From: Lytechinus pictus
Lineage: Eukaryota
DNA length: 64,000 bases
Assembly: GCF_037042905.1 (NCBI RefSeq)
Contig: NC_087262.1
Coordinates: forward strand, 16,864,001 to 16,928,000
Direction of reading: 5' to 3'
Below the pieces are notes generated by a model. The model was given only the letters and a program-made list of their open reading frames with translations, did no database searches and was not told the origin of the DNA. Positions 38,486 through 53,428 of the stretch are shown here, piece after piece. Numbering within the stretch: the first letter of the stretch is position 1; each line of letters starts with the position of its first letter. The translations under genes and the position numbers were made by a program.

Positions 38486-39474
38486 CAGTGCGTATCAAAA
38501 AAAAAAGTTTACACTTAGAAAAAAATCCTGTAAAATTATATATTTGTAATATCCTGCCGATTTTTCCACATTTTAGCATTGGTACAGATCCATTTAAGCA
38601 AATGACGATATAACTGTCGAAAAATATTTCCGCTTGAGTGAGCACCACTTACTTTTGAAAAGTTGGTGAAAAATGATTTGCGCAGAACTTTGAAATACTT
38701 ATGCGAATAAAAGTAGACCTTAATCATGAAGAACACGTGGAAATAAGTTAGTAAAATTGATTTGAAGATATATTTTACCTTTTTAAACTTGTTTCCTTGC
38801 CCAAACACTTCGAAGAGTACATTGCGCCCCACCCCACTCCCCCACAAACCGAGTCCATCGTGGCGATATTTGCTTTACACTGAGCTGTGATTTACATGAA
38901 ATGGCTTAGGCTTGATTTTCATTTTGTTAATCATTGCCAAGCTTGGGAAAAGTGTGGAGAAACAAGTATTAAATGAAAAATGAAATGCAAACCAACTTTA
39001 AATGATAAAAACTTAGTGAAAAATGCTGGAGATGTCTGATATAAACTTTTGTTCAGATTCAGTTATGTCCTCAGATCCAGCTGGCACAAAAAGGGTAAAG
39101 GTTGTGCTTACTAAGTGTTGAAATTTCAAATTTGGGCGGCAAAATTGTTACAAAATGCTTGAATGTATCCGTTTTATGTCAATTGGCTAAAAGTGCTAGG
39201 GAAATTTATGAGAAATGCTTTGTAGGGTAAGTTTGATTTCGCCCTTTCCCATTGACACAGCGTGAAAACAAGCATTTCTGCGCAAACAGATTTCTGCGAG
39301 CTTTACAAAAATGGACAGTGCTCACTCAAGTGTAACATTCTGTCAAAATTTTTAATTTCATTGGATAGATGAGACCCAAACCCATAATTATATGTGAAAA
39401 AATTACCCACATGTTGTATATTTGTTAATTCCCATGGCTTTTTCAAAGTGTAAACTTTTTTTTGATACGCACTG
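38486..39474. mobile_element. Non-autonomous Tc1/mariner-type element (989 bp)
   Basis: TA|CAGTGCGTATCAAAAAAAAAAGTTTACACTT ... AAGTGTAAACTTTTTTTTGATACGCACTG|TA; absent from the sister spacer (~51750-51920). Confidence 0.88.
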
Positions 39475-41403
39475 TATTGTAAATTATGTAATATAAGATG
39501 ATTTATGACATACTACAAGGTCTTTCTTTCAAAGGTAATGATAGCATGATGTACTCTGATGATAAAGCATTGAATAGTTGTTAAAAATGAATCAATGCAC
39601 TAATATGATATTCGCTTTTCTAAATTGATTACTTGCTAAATGTTGCATTGACATGTCTTGCATGTATATAAATATATTGAAATGTACATTATTATTTTAT
39701 TCTCTCTATGTTGTGTAGCTTGAACACTGTTTTTATATGAACCTGATAAACTCTGATTTAGATGCGCGCGCACATGCACATTTACACAATGACCTTTCCA
39801 TTTCTTTGGTTACTTATTCGAAACCATTTGAATTGTAAGTGGGTTTTTTTTTGTTTTTTTTTAAATTCATTTTGGTAAATAAAGTTATTTGTATTAAGGT
39901 TTATTAAAGTATTAAGGTTTTTGTCGTTTGGAAATGGATTTCAGGCAAGTTAGTCGACAAGTCATTATGTTCGGTATTTTGTTCTGTGTCATGTGAAATA
40001 TTTTAGTTTGACATTTTATTGCTTATACCATATTGGCATGATGACGAAGACGGATTTAAAGTGAGTGAATAAAACAAATGTATAGTTTTATAATATGGTT
40101 TCTAAATATGTTTGTTCTACTATTCGCTGCCTGCACTGGCATAATGTTTCTCTCCCGCGGATATTATATTTTCATAATTCATTTGTGTACTACATTCGTT
40201 CTAACTTATGATATTTACATTGATATTTTGAATGGATGTCGTCATCCATCTCTCTATTGTAAACTGATTTTGTAAAATACATATATCGTAACTAAGACAC
40301 AGGGGTTTGTTTCTCATACAAGCATGTGCTTTTTCGTGGCAAGCCCCTCCGTTCTGTTTCATTTAGTTTATTATCCAAAGTCACTTTTATTCACCTCAAT
40401 TTCCTTTCATCCGAGTTTGTTTTATATATGTATACTATTATTAGCATTGAACTCTTTGTGGTATTTTTACAATGTACTCTGAGGGTACTTTGTTGTATTT
40501 TAGAACAAAGAATTAATAAATCTCAAACATCTCAAATCTAACTAATCGGTCGATTTAAAAAAGAAAAGAAAAAAAAGAAAGAGAACAGTACATCAAAGTA
40601 GGGTGCATGTCATTTTACCCACCGTTCTCTGATATGAATTATAATACCAACAGTTTGCGTCAATATATTGTTGTCTATTATAGTTTGGAAATTTATTAGC
40701 TTAGATTTCCCCTTTTTCGAGTTTGACGAATCGGACGGAAATTATTGAAGTCAACAAAATGGCTTTCCTATTTTGCCAAATCATATTTTACATAATTATA
40801 TGACACGTTTTTAACGACATAACTATATCAAGTTTATTATATCTCTTCATACACGCTGATTGATTTCCATCTGTGAAATACACAAATTTATTTCAATCAT
40901 TATGGCCTTATATGATGTAGCCAATAAAAATCTAAAGCATATATATATATATATGTAAAGTGACTAATTTCATTATCATGTATGAGTCAGAGGGGAATTG
41001 AACGACGGAGAAGTCGAATGTACGACAGAATCAAATAAAAGAAAATCGACAGGTTACATTTTTAAACCAATCGATTAGTTTCCACTCACTTTTTTTCATG
41101 TATTTCACTTTTAATGATATAATCAGGGCAGGCGCCAGGATATTTTGATGAGATAGGGTGGGGGTGAGCGATACGACCTAAATGTGACGTCATATATTTT
41201 CTATTTTGAATTATATTGTATAGGTACCTGGTCCAGATCTCTCCATTTTTATTCTCTTCTCTTCCCTTTACTTCAATTTTTCCTCATCTTTTTCACTACT
41301 TGAAAAATCGTAGGGGGCTGTCGCCCCCCCTTACCCCGCCCCTGGTTATATCATTTTATTATTAATATTTTCCCTGTTACATTCACTCAGTGAACAGAAG
41401 GTA

Positions 41404-41636
41404 CACTGTAAAAACTGTGGTGTTAAACCTGACACCAATTGGTGTTAATAGAGGACCACACCCTGAGGTGTTAAAATAACACCCTAGAGATTGAACATAA
41501 CACCAAAGAGTGTAAATGTAACAACCATATGTAATAACACCTATGGGTGTAAAATTAACACCACCAATTTAACACCGGTGTGAAATAACTGGTGTGGTCG
41601 TCTATGTACACCGGTTAACACCACAGTGTTTGCTGT
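41404..41636. mobile_element. MITE CACTGTAAAAACTGTGGTGTT... (second copy at 53890-54125, duplicated with the spacer)
   Basis: Imperfect terminal inverted repeats CTGTGGTGTTAA / TTAACACCACAG; multiple AACACC/GGTGTT subrepeats. Confidence 0.65.
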
Positions 41637-42248
41637 ATATATAGTATTATGAATACAGTTGGTGTTCTAGGAAGTTAAGAGAAATGGAGATTGAAAGAAA
41701 GAAGGGAGGGGGTAGAAGGGGGTAGAGGTTGGGAACTAAAGGAGATGCGAAAGAGGGCAAGATGTTAAAGGGAAGCATACTAATGAATAGTAAATTCAGA
41801 GATGGGAAGAGGGAGGTAGAAAAGATGTGAGGGGGAATAGAAAGGGAGATAGGGGAAAGGAAACTCATGCTGTTTGAAAGAATATCACATTACAAGACAT
41901 CAGATAATTTCATTGTTATTCCGGATAAAATCTATATAATATAAGGCCTAGTTAAGATCACGCAGCAGTATCAACGAAACCGACTCCAAACCGACCGACT
42001 GATACCCACCATTCGGAAAGAAATGGTCAGACAGCCCTGGAGTCGGTTTTTTGTTATGTTGCAGTCTTACGAACGAAACCGACTCCAAATAAACTATTAT
42101 GCCATTTGAAATATATAAAAAATCCGTAATAGCCCTGACCGAGTCCAAACCCACTGATACCATTTGAAAAAAAAATGGTAGACCTGACCGGTTTGATGTC
42201 TATTTCATTTGTGTGACAGAATTAGCATAACACAGAAAAAAAAATCAA

Positions 42249-44480
42249 TGCTACAGTCATACCAACAAAACCAACTCCAAACCGACTGATGACATTTGAT
42301 AAAATAAACCGTAATAACCCTGACGGGTTTGCTGTCGGTTATCTTTGTTATGCTACTGTCATACCAACAAAACCAACTCCAAACCGATTGATTTGACATT
42401 TGATAAAATAAACCGTAATAACCCTGACGGGTCTGCTGTCGGTTATCTTTGTTATGCTACAGTCATACCAACAAAACCAACTCCAAACCGACTGATATGA
42501 CATTTGATAAAATAAACCGTAATAACCCTGACGGGTTTGCTGTCGGTTATCTTTGTTATGCTACAGTCATACCAACAAAACCAACTCCAAACCGACTGAT
42601 ATGACATTTGATAAAATAAACCGTAATAACCCTGACGGGTTTGCTGTCGGTTATCTTTGTTATGCTACAGTCATACCAACAAAACCAACTCCAAACCGAC
42701 TGATATGACATTTGATAAAATAAACCGTAATAACCCTGACGGGTTTGCTGTCGGTTATCTTTGTTATGCTACAGTCATACCAACAAAACCAACTCCAAAC
42801 CGACTGATATGACATTTGATAAAATAAACCGTAATAACCCTGACGGGTTTGCTGTCGGTCATCTTTGTTATGCTACAGTCATACCAACAAAACCAACTCC
42901 AAACCGACTGATATGACATTTGATAAAATAAACCGTAATAACCCTGACGGGTTTGCTGTCGGTTATCTTTGTTATGCTACAGTCATACCAACAAAACCAA
43001 CTCCAAACCGACTGATATGACATTTGATAAAATAAACCGTAATAACCCTGACGGGTCTGCTGTCGGTTATCTTTGTTATGCTACAGTCATACCAACAAAA
43101 CCAACTCCAAACCGACTGATATGACATTTGATAAAATAAACCGTAATAACCCTGACGGGTTTGCTGTCGGTTATCTTTGTTATGCTACAGTCATACCAAC
43201 AAAACCAACTCCAAACCGACTGATATGACATTTGATAAAATAAACCGTAATAACCCTGACGGGTTTGCTGTCGGTTATCTTTGTTATGCTACTGTCATAC
43301 CAACAAAACCAACTCCAAACCGACTGATATGACATTTGATAAAATAAACCGTAATAACCCTGACGGGTTTGCTGTCGGTTATCTTTGTTATGCTACAGTC
43401 ATACCAACAAAACCAACTCCAAACCGACTGATGACATTTGATAAAATAAACCGTAATAACCCTGACCGGTTTGCTGTCGGTCATCTTTGTTATGCTACAG
43501 TCATACCAACAAAACCAACTCCAAACCGACTGATATGACATTTGATAAAATAAACCGTAATAACCCTGACGGGTCTGCTGTCGGTTATCTTTGTTATGCT
43601 ACAGTCATACCAACAAAACCAACTCCAAACCGACTGATATGACATTTGATAAAATAAACCGTAATAACCCTGACGGGTTTGCTGTCGGTTATCTTTGTTA
43701 TGCTACAGTCATACCAACAAAACCAACTCCAAACCGACTGATATGACATTTGATAAAATAAACCGTAATAACCCTGACGGGTTTGCTGTCGGTTATCTTT
43801 GTTATGCTACTGTCATACCAACAAAACCAACTCCAAACCGATTGATTTGACATTTGATAAAATAAACCGTAATAACCCTGACGGGTTTGCTGTCGGTCAT
43901 CTTTGTTATGCTACAGTCATACCAACAAAACCAACTCCAAACCGACTGATATGACATTTGATAAAATAAACCGTAATAACCCTGACGGGTTTGCTGTCGG
44001 TTATCTTTGTTATGCTACAGTCATACCAACAAAACCAACTCCAAACCGACTGATATGACATTTGATAAAATAAACCGTAATAACCCTGACGGGTCTGCTG
44101 TCGGTTATCTTTGTTATGCTACAGTCATACCAACAAAACCAACTCCAAACCGACTGATATGACATTTGATAAAATAAACCGTAATAACCCTGACGGGTTT
44201 GCTGTCGGTTATCTTTGTTATGCTACAGTCATACCAACAAAACCAACTCCAAACCGACTGATATGACATTTGATAAAATAAACCGTAATAACCCTGACGG
44301 GTTTGCTGTCGGTTATCTTTGTTATGCTACTGTCATACCAACAAAACCAACTCCAAACCGACTGATATGACATTTGATAAAATAAACCGTAATAACCCTG
44401 ACGGGTTTGCTGTCGGTTATCTTTGTTATGCTACTGTCATACCAACAAAACCGACTCCAAACCGATTGATTTGACATTTG
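42249..44480. repeat. Homogeneous tandem satellite, 104-bp unit x ~21
   Basis: Unit TGCTACAGTCATACCAACAAAACCAACTCCAAACCGACTGATATGACATTTGATAAAATAAACCGTAATAACCCTGACGGGTTTGCTGTCGGTTATCTTTGTTA, e.g. starts at 42455 and 42559. Confidence 0.97.
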
Positions 44481-46149
44481 AAAAACAAAAACAAACCGTT
44501 ATAGCCCTGATCGGTTTTAGGTCGGTTTCATCGATGTGACTGTAGCGTGACAAAGAAATTACAAAATCAATGTAATGGAAACAGGTCTTGATGGGAGGTG
44601 TTATTATTTTTTTAGGGGGGGGGGCAAGTCACAAATTTTCAACGAGGATCTTAGTTCATCCTACACAGCGTTGTTTTTTCAGGAGGGTACAGGTGATTTT
44701 TTTGTTTAGAATCCTTAAAGCGATGGATTAAAGTAACTGAGTAATTACTAGTATAGAGGAACTTTTTGAGTTTGAATGGTAAAAAAAGGATTAAGTGGAT
44801 TATTATTTTGGTAAATTTTGATCAGTTTTCCAGGGAAGTGTAAGTTTTCAAAATTTTCCCATCTAAAGGGGAAGGGCAATTGCCCATTTCTCATATAAAA
44901 CTGAATTGCAGCCACTGAGGTGGCCCATGTTTGAAAAAATAAGGTCTAATACCTATTTTTTATACAAAATTTTAAAAATGGCCCTGCTTCCCTAACAATG
45001 TAATCCGTATTAAGGTTTTTTTTTATTAGTTTCTTCTTCATGTTCACCTAGCTCTTTCCTATTTTTCCTTCCCTTTTTTAAGGAATGATCATCATCGAAA
45101 AATAACGGAGAAGGAATTCAAAATTCCTCATACTTCCAATAAAGTAAATCAACAGCTACAGATATCATTTTGTATACAGGCATGTTTATTATGAGCCTTT
45201 TAAATAAATTGTTTCGCGAATTATTTTCAAACCGTTTTAATAAGATATTTGAAGTATACATTAAAGAACGCATCTTAAGTAAAAACAAATTGTCTGATAT
45301 TATAGGGAGTTACATCATGACCCGGACTGGGATCGATAATCAGTATGGATCATGGAAATTATGTTTAAAAAAACTTTTATAATACGCTGTTTACTATATG
45401 AACTTCACAGAATTAAGTTGTTTAAAACAGCTTAAACATATTAAACAAGTTAGTGTTTGAAATCTTGAACAAGAGGGGAGAAATCAGAGATATGAGAAAT
45501 TAAAGGAAAAGGTATGGTACTTTGTGTACAAACAAATAGAGAGTTAATCAGCAACTTTGAAGCAAGTATGCCAATTTGAGGATCCACCGACAGTAAAACT
45601 GCTGCTTTAATTTTTACACAATGATGTTGACTGTATACACTAGTTGTTTAACATTTTAAACAATCATTCTAAATTTATTGATAAATCAATATAGAAAAAA
45701 TAAACGCTTATGTTGATTAAGATTTTACAAACTTGTTTGAACAATAAGATTCATGGTGTAAACAGCGTTGTACAGTGTTTTTACTGTGTAGAGATAATAC
45801 AGTACGTGTATCTCTCAACATTGCTCAATGATCAAAAAATGGATTAGAATTGAACGCCCTCTATCGATAAGATGACAAATACTTCCATCGAGTTCAAAGG
45901 TAGCTGGGAAAAACCAGTTCTATTTATAATTATACTATTATGCTATTGTAATATATCGCAGCTTCCTCATTCTTTATTAATGTGCACAAAGTCATATTAT
46001 AATAGGAGTTTCGCGCACACAGTCATTTCACGACCGTGACGTGCACATAATTATGTACATATTTACAGCGGTGTTACTCGTAGCTATCTCTCACAACTAA
46101 GTAGTACTCAGTTTCGTTGAAATAGTTTGACTGTAGAGTTTATGTAGCA

Positions 46150-46779
46150 ATGGCTGAAAAGATTGAAATAGAGAAAGCCTCCAGTTCTTCACAGAACCTG
46201 GTATGTCCGCTATGTCTTGATATTTTTGATGAACCAACGATCCTGACGTGCGGACACACTTTCTGCCGTAAGTGTCTCAAGAAATATGATCTGACCCACC
46301 AGGACATTGACCACATGGTCTGTCCTCTCTGCAGGGAGATCACCAAGTTGTCTTCCAACCGAGTCGACGATCTCCGCCTCAATGTCTCCATTAACGGATT
46401 CGTAGACGATTACCACGCCAAGTGTGGAGGGATGAATGCTGTCCTTGAGATGCGTACAAAATGTACTGGTTGCAAGTTTCAGCAAGACGCTGTCTCCTTC
46501 TGCAGAACATGTAATAACTACATATGTGACAAATGTTTACAATGCCATCACTACATGGAACTTTTTGAAGATCACGAGATTGTCTCCATGGAGGATGTCA
46601 TCGAAGGGAAGGTCAGCATTGGTCATCAATTTGAGAAATGCTCCATCCACAAACAAGAGAACAAAGATATGTTTTGTGATGATTGTAAGGTCCGTGTCTG
46701 TCTCAGGTGCGTGGTCGTTGGTCATAAAGTCCATAACATCAAGAACCAGTCTGACTTCGAGCATGAGTTGAGGCGAAAG
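46150..46779 (+). CDS. TRIM paralog 5, exon A (RING, B-box1, B-box2). Joins 48485..49843, 662 aa
   Basis: All Zn ligands present; 630 nt; donor AAG|GTAATG at 46779/46780. Confidence 0.93.
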
Positions 46780-47028
46780 GTAATGGTCATTCCAAAAAAT
46801 TGATATTAAGTAGAAAAATAATATTTTGAGAAGATACTGATGTAGATTGTGCCGCTGAAGGAGAAAAAGATGATGATACTAGCTATTCTTTTAATAACCC
46901 TGACCTCCTCGTCCTCCCTCCTCATCTAGGGGACGCAGAACTAGTTGGGGTATACTTATAGACCTTCGATTTTTTTTTAGTAAATGTGTACCAAAAATTA
47001 AATGACAATCTTATTGTGAAATGTTACA

Positions 47029-47375
47029 TTTTTGCCAATTCGTCTAATACCAATTCGTCATTTCGTCTACTACCATTTGGTCTATCATCTGTTCGTCTAC
47101 TCACCAGATGGTCTACTTTTATTTAGTCAAATGCTATTCCGTCTAATAACCAGTTGGTCCAATAGTCATTTAGTCCATATACCATTTGGTCTAATTAAAC
47201 TAAAGTGTTGATTGTGCAAAATGAGTGAAAAGAAAATGGTCATTAGACCAACTTGTTATTAGACGAAATGGAAATTAGACGAAGTGATGATTGGACCAAA
47301 TGGTTATTGGACCAAATGTTTTTAGACGAAATGTTGATGGACGGAGTGGCATTAGACTAAATGAATGTACACCAT
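47029..47375. mobile_element. Intronic foldback element, paralog 5 copy
   Basis: Collinear with 33636-34072 and 56055-56441. Confidence 0.7.
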
Positions 47376-48484
47376 GTGATGAGCGGCCCCTGTGTTGTAA
47401 CTACCGTGTCAGTAGAAAAAAAACACGAAACCTCACAAATCCCCAATTTAAGGGGGAAAATATGCCATTAACAATATGGCCTGAAAATAATTTGATATCA
47501 TATCTATGTAGTGTATTATGTGTTAACGCTTGGATGATCAGGAGCTATTCTGTGCAGTGATGTAAATTTTGATTTAAGCCAAATTAAGACATGGCTGCAA
47601 TACATGAATCCAGATGTCAATGATGGCAGAATCTTACAAGGATTCCATCAAAATCCATTTCAGAATACGTGTTCAATAATTTACATTATAATTGTTTAAC
47701 AAACACTTTTTACTAGTAACTCTCAGATTGATTTCATTGAAAAGGGATTTACAAATATGTCTACTAACTCATGTAGGATTATGAAATCATTGGCATTATG
47801 GATTCATTTATAGCAGTCATGCCTGACTTTGGCACGAATCAAACTTTACACTGCAAAGAATACCTACTGATTATCTAAGTGTGAAGACATGCCACTTAAT
47901 TATGGTATCAAAATACTTGGAAGAAGACTATACTCTTTCCTAATATAATGATTATGCTTTCATGACATATTTTCCCCTTAGGGAATTATGAGGTATCAAG
48001 ATTGTCTTTATTTACACCGTTTAGGTCTATACTGCTAATGATGATAATAATGTTTATAATAACAATGACAATAATGATGGTGATAATCAGAAATAATAAT
48101 AAAAGTGGTAGTTATGGTAATAATGATACTGTTATCAATTTCAGCAAGATCTATATTAACTATAATAATAATGGTAATAATCATAATCAAAAATATAATT
48201 AATAAAGATAATATAACAATAGTAATATGATCACTCATATAATGATAATAATGATAATAACTGTCCCTCATATCCTTCGTTGCATCCCTATCCCCCCCCC
48301 CCCCCGTCCAGAATAGAGATCGGAGAAATCGATACAACTTCCCGGGTGTATATGCAAGTCAGACATTATAATAGGTATATTTATTGATTTTTTTCTAAAT
48401 ATAGAAACTACATTTACCATGTTTACGTGAATGATTCTTTGACGGCAAACAGTTACTACTCTTTTACTTTCTCGAACTTTACAG

Positions 48485-49843
48485 GTGACAGAGCTTGCCA
48501 AGCAATGTGCAGCTAAGAAAGCTGAGCTGGAAAAGAACATTCAGAATATAGAATTACAACGTCATGAGGTACACACTGCCATGCAGAAACTACTAGATGA
48601 TGTCAGCCAGGCTTACAGCATCAAGGTAAAAGAGCTGGAAGGAAATCTTCAAGATCTCATCGAGCAAATAAATGAATTGAAGCGAAGTTTCGAGGATGAT
48701 CTCAACATCCTAAAGTCCAAGGAACGACAGAGGATCAAAAGCATTTGTAGTTCGATTACATTGGTAGATAATGACAGACTGGGTCATCTTGAGACAGATA
48801 GTCTGTCCGCTCATAATTTGCTTTGTAATGAGCTAGAAGCTATGCTGAAAGAGGTTACCGATCGCACTACTGCGGAAGTTATTACAAAGAAAGCACAGGA
48901 GAAGAGTTTTAATCCTGGAGATGCTACTTGTCTTGAACTCGGAAAAATCTCAGACCCTATCAATCACACTTTTACTGTTGATATCACGGAGAAAGCACTG
49001 AAGAGTTTTAATCCTGCAGATAAATCTTGTCTGGACCTCGGGAGCATCTCGGGATCAGATCCCAAGTTAGAAATCATGAAGTGTATAGATCTACGGGGAG
49101 AAATGATTGGAATGACAGCTTACACTCATACCAGTGTGGCCATCGTATATGGGATTTATACACCAGGTATTGATATCATTGATATAGCTGGTGGAACGGA
49201 GCAGTATACAAACATACCACATGACGTGGGTTATAGAGATATTGCGATTCTACGAGACAGAACATTATGTGTCTCAACTAGTTCTACAGAAGCACACGTG
49301 TATTCTCCCAATGGCTCCAGGAAAGCAACAATCAACGTGAGTGAGACTTTTTATTATCTCAAACTGAACAGAAGTCCATCAAATGAGATCCTCATTGCTA
49401 ACGCTGCCAACAAAGTCTACATCTATGACCCGACTGGATCCACTCTCAAACACACTGTTCCAACAAAGCACAATACGTGGGAGGCATCATCCACCAGGTC
49501 GGGTTTGATCGTCACCAGTTCATGTTTCATCAATCCAAGCGTGGTGACGGTCTATGACAGGGATGGGAATGCTGGTGAGTCTCTGCAAGCTCCAAAGGAT
49601 GTCTACCTGTATGCTACCGTGGATGAACAGGACAGGGTGTATGTAGCGAGTGTTGATGATAAGAATAGGAAGGTGGTGATCAGGCTCTATGATCTTGATG
49701 GTCTGAACCTGAGGGAAAGAGTTGAGTTTAATGCACTTGATATGACATTGGGTTCTACTTGGTGTTACTTGGTTTCCCTCTCTCCGGACCTACTCGCCTT
49801 TGCTTGTATGAGTAAGTTATATATCACCAAGGTATCGCTGTAA
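48485..49843 (+). CDS. TRIM paralog 5, exon B (coiled coil, long linker, NHL-like propeller)
   Basis: TTTACAG|GTG acceptor; 452 open codons. Confidence 0.92.
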   Translation: MTELAKQCAAKKAELEKNIQNIELQRHEVHTAMQKLLDDVSQAYSIKVKELEGNLQDLIEQINELKRSFEDDLNILKSKERQRIKSICSSITLVDNDRLGHLETDSLSAHNLLCNELEAMLKEVTDRTTAEVITKKAQEKSFNPGDATCLELGKISDPINHTFTVDITEKALKSFNPADKSCLDLGSISGSDPKLEIMKCIDLRGEMIGMTAYTHTSVAIVYGIYTPGIDIIDIAGGTEQYTNIPHDVGYRDIAILRDRTLCVSTSSTEAHVYSPNGSRKATINVSETFYYLKLNRSPSNEILIANAANKVYIYDPTGSTLKHTVPTKHNTWEASSTRSGLIVTSSCFINPSVVTVYDRDGNAGESLQAPKDVYLYATVDEQDRVYVASVDDKNRKVVIRLYDLDGLNLRERVEFNALDMTLGSTWCYLVSLSPDLLAFACMSKLYITKVSL

Positions 49844-52800
49844 TAAAGAGTATCTTACTAGTGTGTATAACATGAACTATTGATTTTTATGCGATTATTT
49901 ATAGTGTATCTGACATGAGAATTCAAAATGTTTGTAAACACTTTTCTTAATTTGTTTACATTTTGTGCTGTGTATATACACACAACTTTTAACACGAATC
50001 GAAAAAACGTTCATACACATAAAATAATTTCATTATTGAAACTGGAATATCAAAAGACCATTATTTTTAATTATTTCGTGAATCTGAATTAACAGTAAAA
50101 AAAAAATAGGACGTTGTTTAAGACTGTCACTCTTATAACAAGTTGTTTGATTTTTTTGTCATTGATTAAACAACTTGTTTAAAAAAATTTAATTGGTTTA
50201 ACAAATAAGCAGATGCTTAAAAAGTTTAATCAGTAGTTGTTGGAGTGACGGGCTTAAACAACGTGCTTGACATTTTAAACAGTGTTTTTACAGTGTAATG
50301 CTTTTGTTGTCATTCAACTCGTGTAATTAAGCTAGCGTTTTATATTTTAGGGTCTCTAGCTGTTATAGAGAATTCGATAAAAGACTATTATACTGAACGA
50401 ACTCTGTATTTGTGAGTGTCAAGATTTGTCTGTGTGGAGATGTTTACAATCGATTTGCTGTTTTGTTGCAAGCCAGTCTATATTCGTTGTGGATATACGT
50501 AAATGATCTCGAAATCTTAGATTTTTCTGCCCAGTTTATATGTGATGTGAAGGAAAGGCCTAATAATCACGGATATCAGCTCAATTCCTTCCGATTCGAC
50601 CATAAACTCATTAATCTGAATAGGCCTATATTTATATTTATGTGGAATGTATAGTCATCACAAGCCGATTCCTACATAATTTTCTTTTTATGAAATATGA
50701 CTTACAGGAACATTATTATATTTATTTTATAATAAAACGCCTTACTGAATGATAGTATGTTATAAACAGCCACTAGAAATTCTACGATATTAACATATCC
50801 AAATTTCACGAGGGGCATCATTATGGTTCAAGTAACCTGGTTTGTTTTGTTGTTGTTGTTTTGCCTTTATTTAGAATTCAATAAATTATAATATAACAAG
50901 GTATAAGTACTTAAGAACTTAATATTTTCATACATTGCACATTGTGATACGTATTTTCATTCAATGCACATTATGATCTTACGTTCTTTTTTTTCTTTTT
51001 TTTAATATGTTAGATTGATAAATGAATAAAGCAGACAGTGCATGTACTGTTTCCAATAAAGCAAAATATGATAATTTTCATGAAATAAAATAATTTAATC
51101 AACGAATCATAAAAAATAATATTTTGAGCATCATTGAATCAATAAAAATCAAGATGATTTGAATAAAGGTTTTCTTATAAAACATAAGAAAATGTGAATG
51201 GGTTACATCATGCCAATATGGCACGGTGTATTTTATTGAAATTTATCAATATAATATGATGAATATCGGACTGTGTTTATAAATTGCTGTTTGTTTCATA
51301 ACGCCCTCTTTCAAGAGAATCCGGACATGCTCTACGAACAACATGAGAATCATAGAGATGGATAAAACAAGTTTTTCCCCACCTCTCTGATGAGAATGTA
51401 TCTCTTGGAAATTGATTCTATCCAAAGATTATACATAAGAAATTTTTCTGGAGAAAACCAATCATAATATTTTTTGCTTTAGAATAGTTTATGAAAAGAA
51501 AACAAACACAAAAGCACATAGTTGTCCAGCAAACAAAAGGAAGAATAAATAATAACAAAAATAAAAGGAGAGAGTGATTTCTCTCTTTATTGTTGTATTT
51601 ACTTAAGACGCAATAGAATTATGAGAAGTACTGTATGTTTTGTAATAGAAGATAATGTGTTGTGACATACTATAAGGTCTTCCTTTAAATATAATGTAAC
51701 GATAAAATAATGCTCCGATAATGAAACATTGAATGGTTATTGAAATATATTGATTCAATATGAATTTATTCTATTGTAAATTATGTAATTTAAGATGATG
51801 TATATGACATACTATAAGGTCTTTCTTTCAATGTAATGATAGCATGATGTACTCTGATTATGAAACATTGATGGTTATTGAAATATATTGATTCAATATG
51901 AATGTATTCTGATGTAAATTATGTAATATAAGATGATGTATCTGACATACTATAAGGTCTTTCTTTCAAAGGTAATGGTAGCATGATGTACTCTGATAGT
52001 GAAGCATTGAATAGTTGTTAAAATTGATTAATTCACTAATTTGATATTCGCCTTTCTAAATTGATTACTTGCTAAATGTTGCATTGACATGTCTTGCATG
52101 TATAAAATTATGAATATATTGAAATGTACATTATTATTTTATTCTCTCCATGTTGTGTAGCTTGAACACTGTATGTATATGAACCTGATAAACTCTGATT
52201 TTAGATGCGCACGCACATGCACACTTACATAACGACATTTCCATTTCTTTGGTTACTTATTCGAAACCATTTGAATTGTAAGTTTTTTTGTTTTTTTAAT
52301 TCATTTGGTAAATAAAGTTATTTGTATTAAGGTTTATTAAAGTATTAAGGTTTTTGTCGTTTGGAAATGGATTTCTGGCAAGTTAGTCTACAAGTCATTA
52401 TGTTCGGTATTTTGTTCTGTGTCATGTGAAATATTGAGTTTGACATTTTATTGCTTATTCCATATTGGAATGATGACTGAGAGGGATTTTAAGTGAGTGA
52501 ATAAAACAAATGTATAGTTTTATAATATGGTTTCTAAATATGTTTCTTCTACTATTCGCTGCCTGCACTGGCATAATGTTTCTCTCCCGCGGATATTATA
52601 TTTTCATAATTCATTTTTGTACGTCATTCGTTTTAACTTATGATATTTACATTGATATTTTCAATGGGTGTCGTCATCCATCTCTCTATTGTAAACTGAT
52701 TTTGTAAAATACATATATCGTAACTAAGACACAGGGGTTTGTTTCTCATACAAGCATGTGCTTTTTCGTGGCAAGCCCCTCCGTTCTGTTTAATTTAGTT

Positions 52801-53372
52801 TATTATCCAAAGTCACTTTTATTCACCTCAATTTCCTTTCATCCGAGTTTGTTTTATATATGTATACTATTATTAGCTTTGAACTCTTTGTGGTATTTTT
52901 ACAATGTACTCTGAGGGTACTTTGTTGTATTTTTAAAAACAAAGAATGAATAACTCTCAAACATCTCAAATCTAATTAATCGGTCGATTTGAAAAAGAAA
53001 AGAAAAAAAGAAAGAGAACAGTACATCAAAGTAGAGTGCATATCATTTTACCCACCGTTCTCTGATATGAATTATAATACCAACAGTTTGCGTCAATCTA
53101 TTGTTGTCTATTATAGTTTGGAAATTTATTAGCTTAGATTTCCCCTTTTTCGAGTTTGACGAATCGGACGGAAATTATTCAAGTCACCAAAATGGCTTTC
53201 CTATTTTGCCAAATCATATTTTACATAATTATATGACACGTTTTTAACGACATAACTATCAAGTTTGTTTATTATATCTCTTCATACACGCTGACTGATT
53301 TCCATCTGTGAAATACACAAATTTATTTCGATCATTATGGCCTTATATGATGTAGCCAATAAAAATCTAAAG

Positions 53373-53428
<56 letters not shown>

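Noticed and set aside
42249-44480. CRISPR-like array
   Set aside because: Whole 104-bp units repeat with no unique spacers, there are no cas genes, and the context is eukaryotic.
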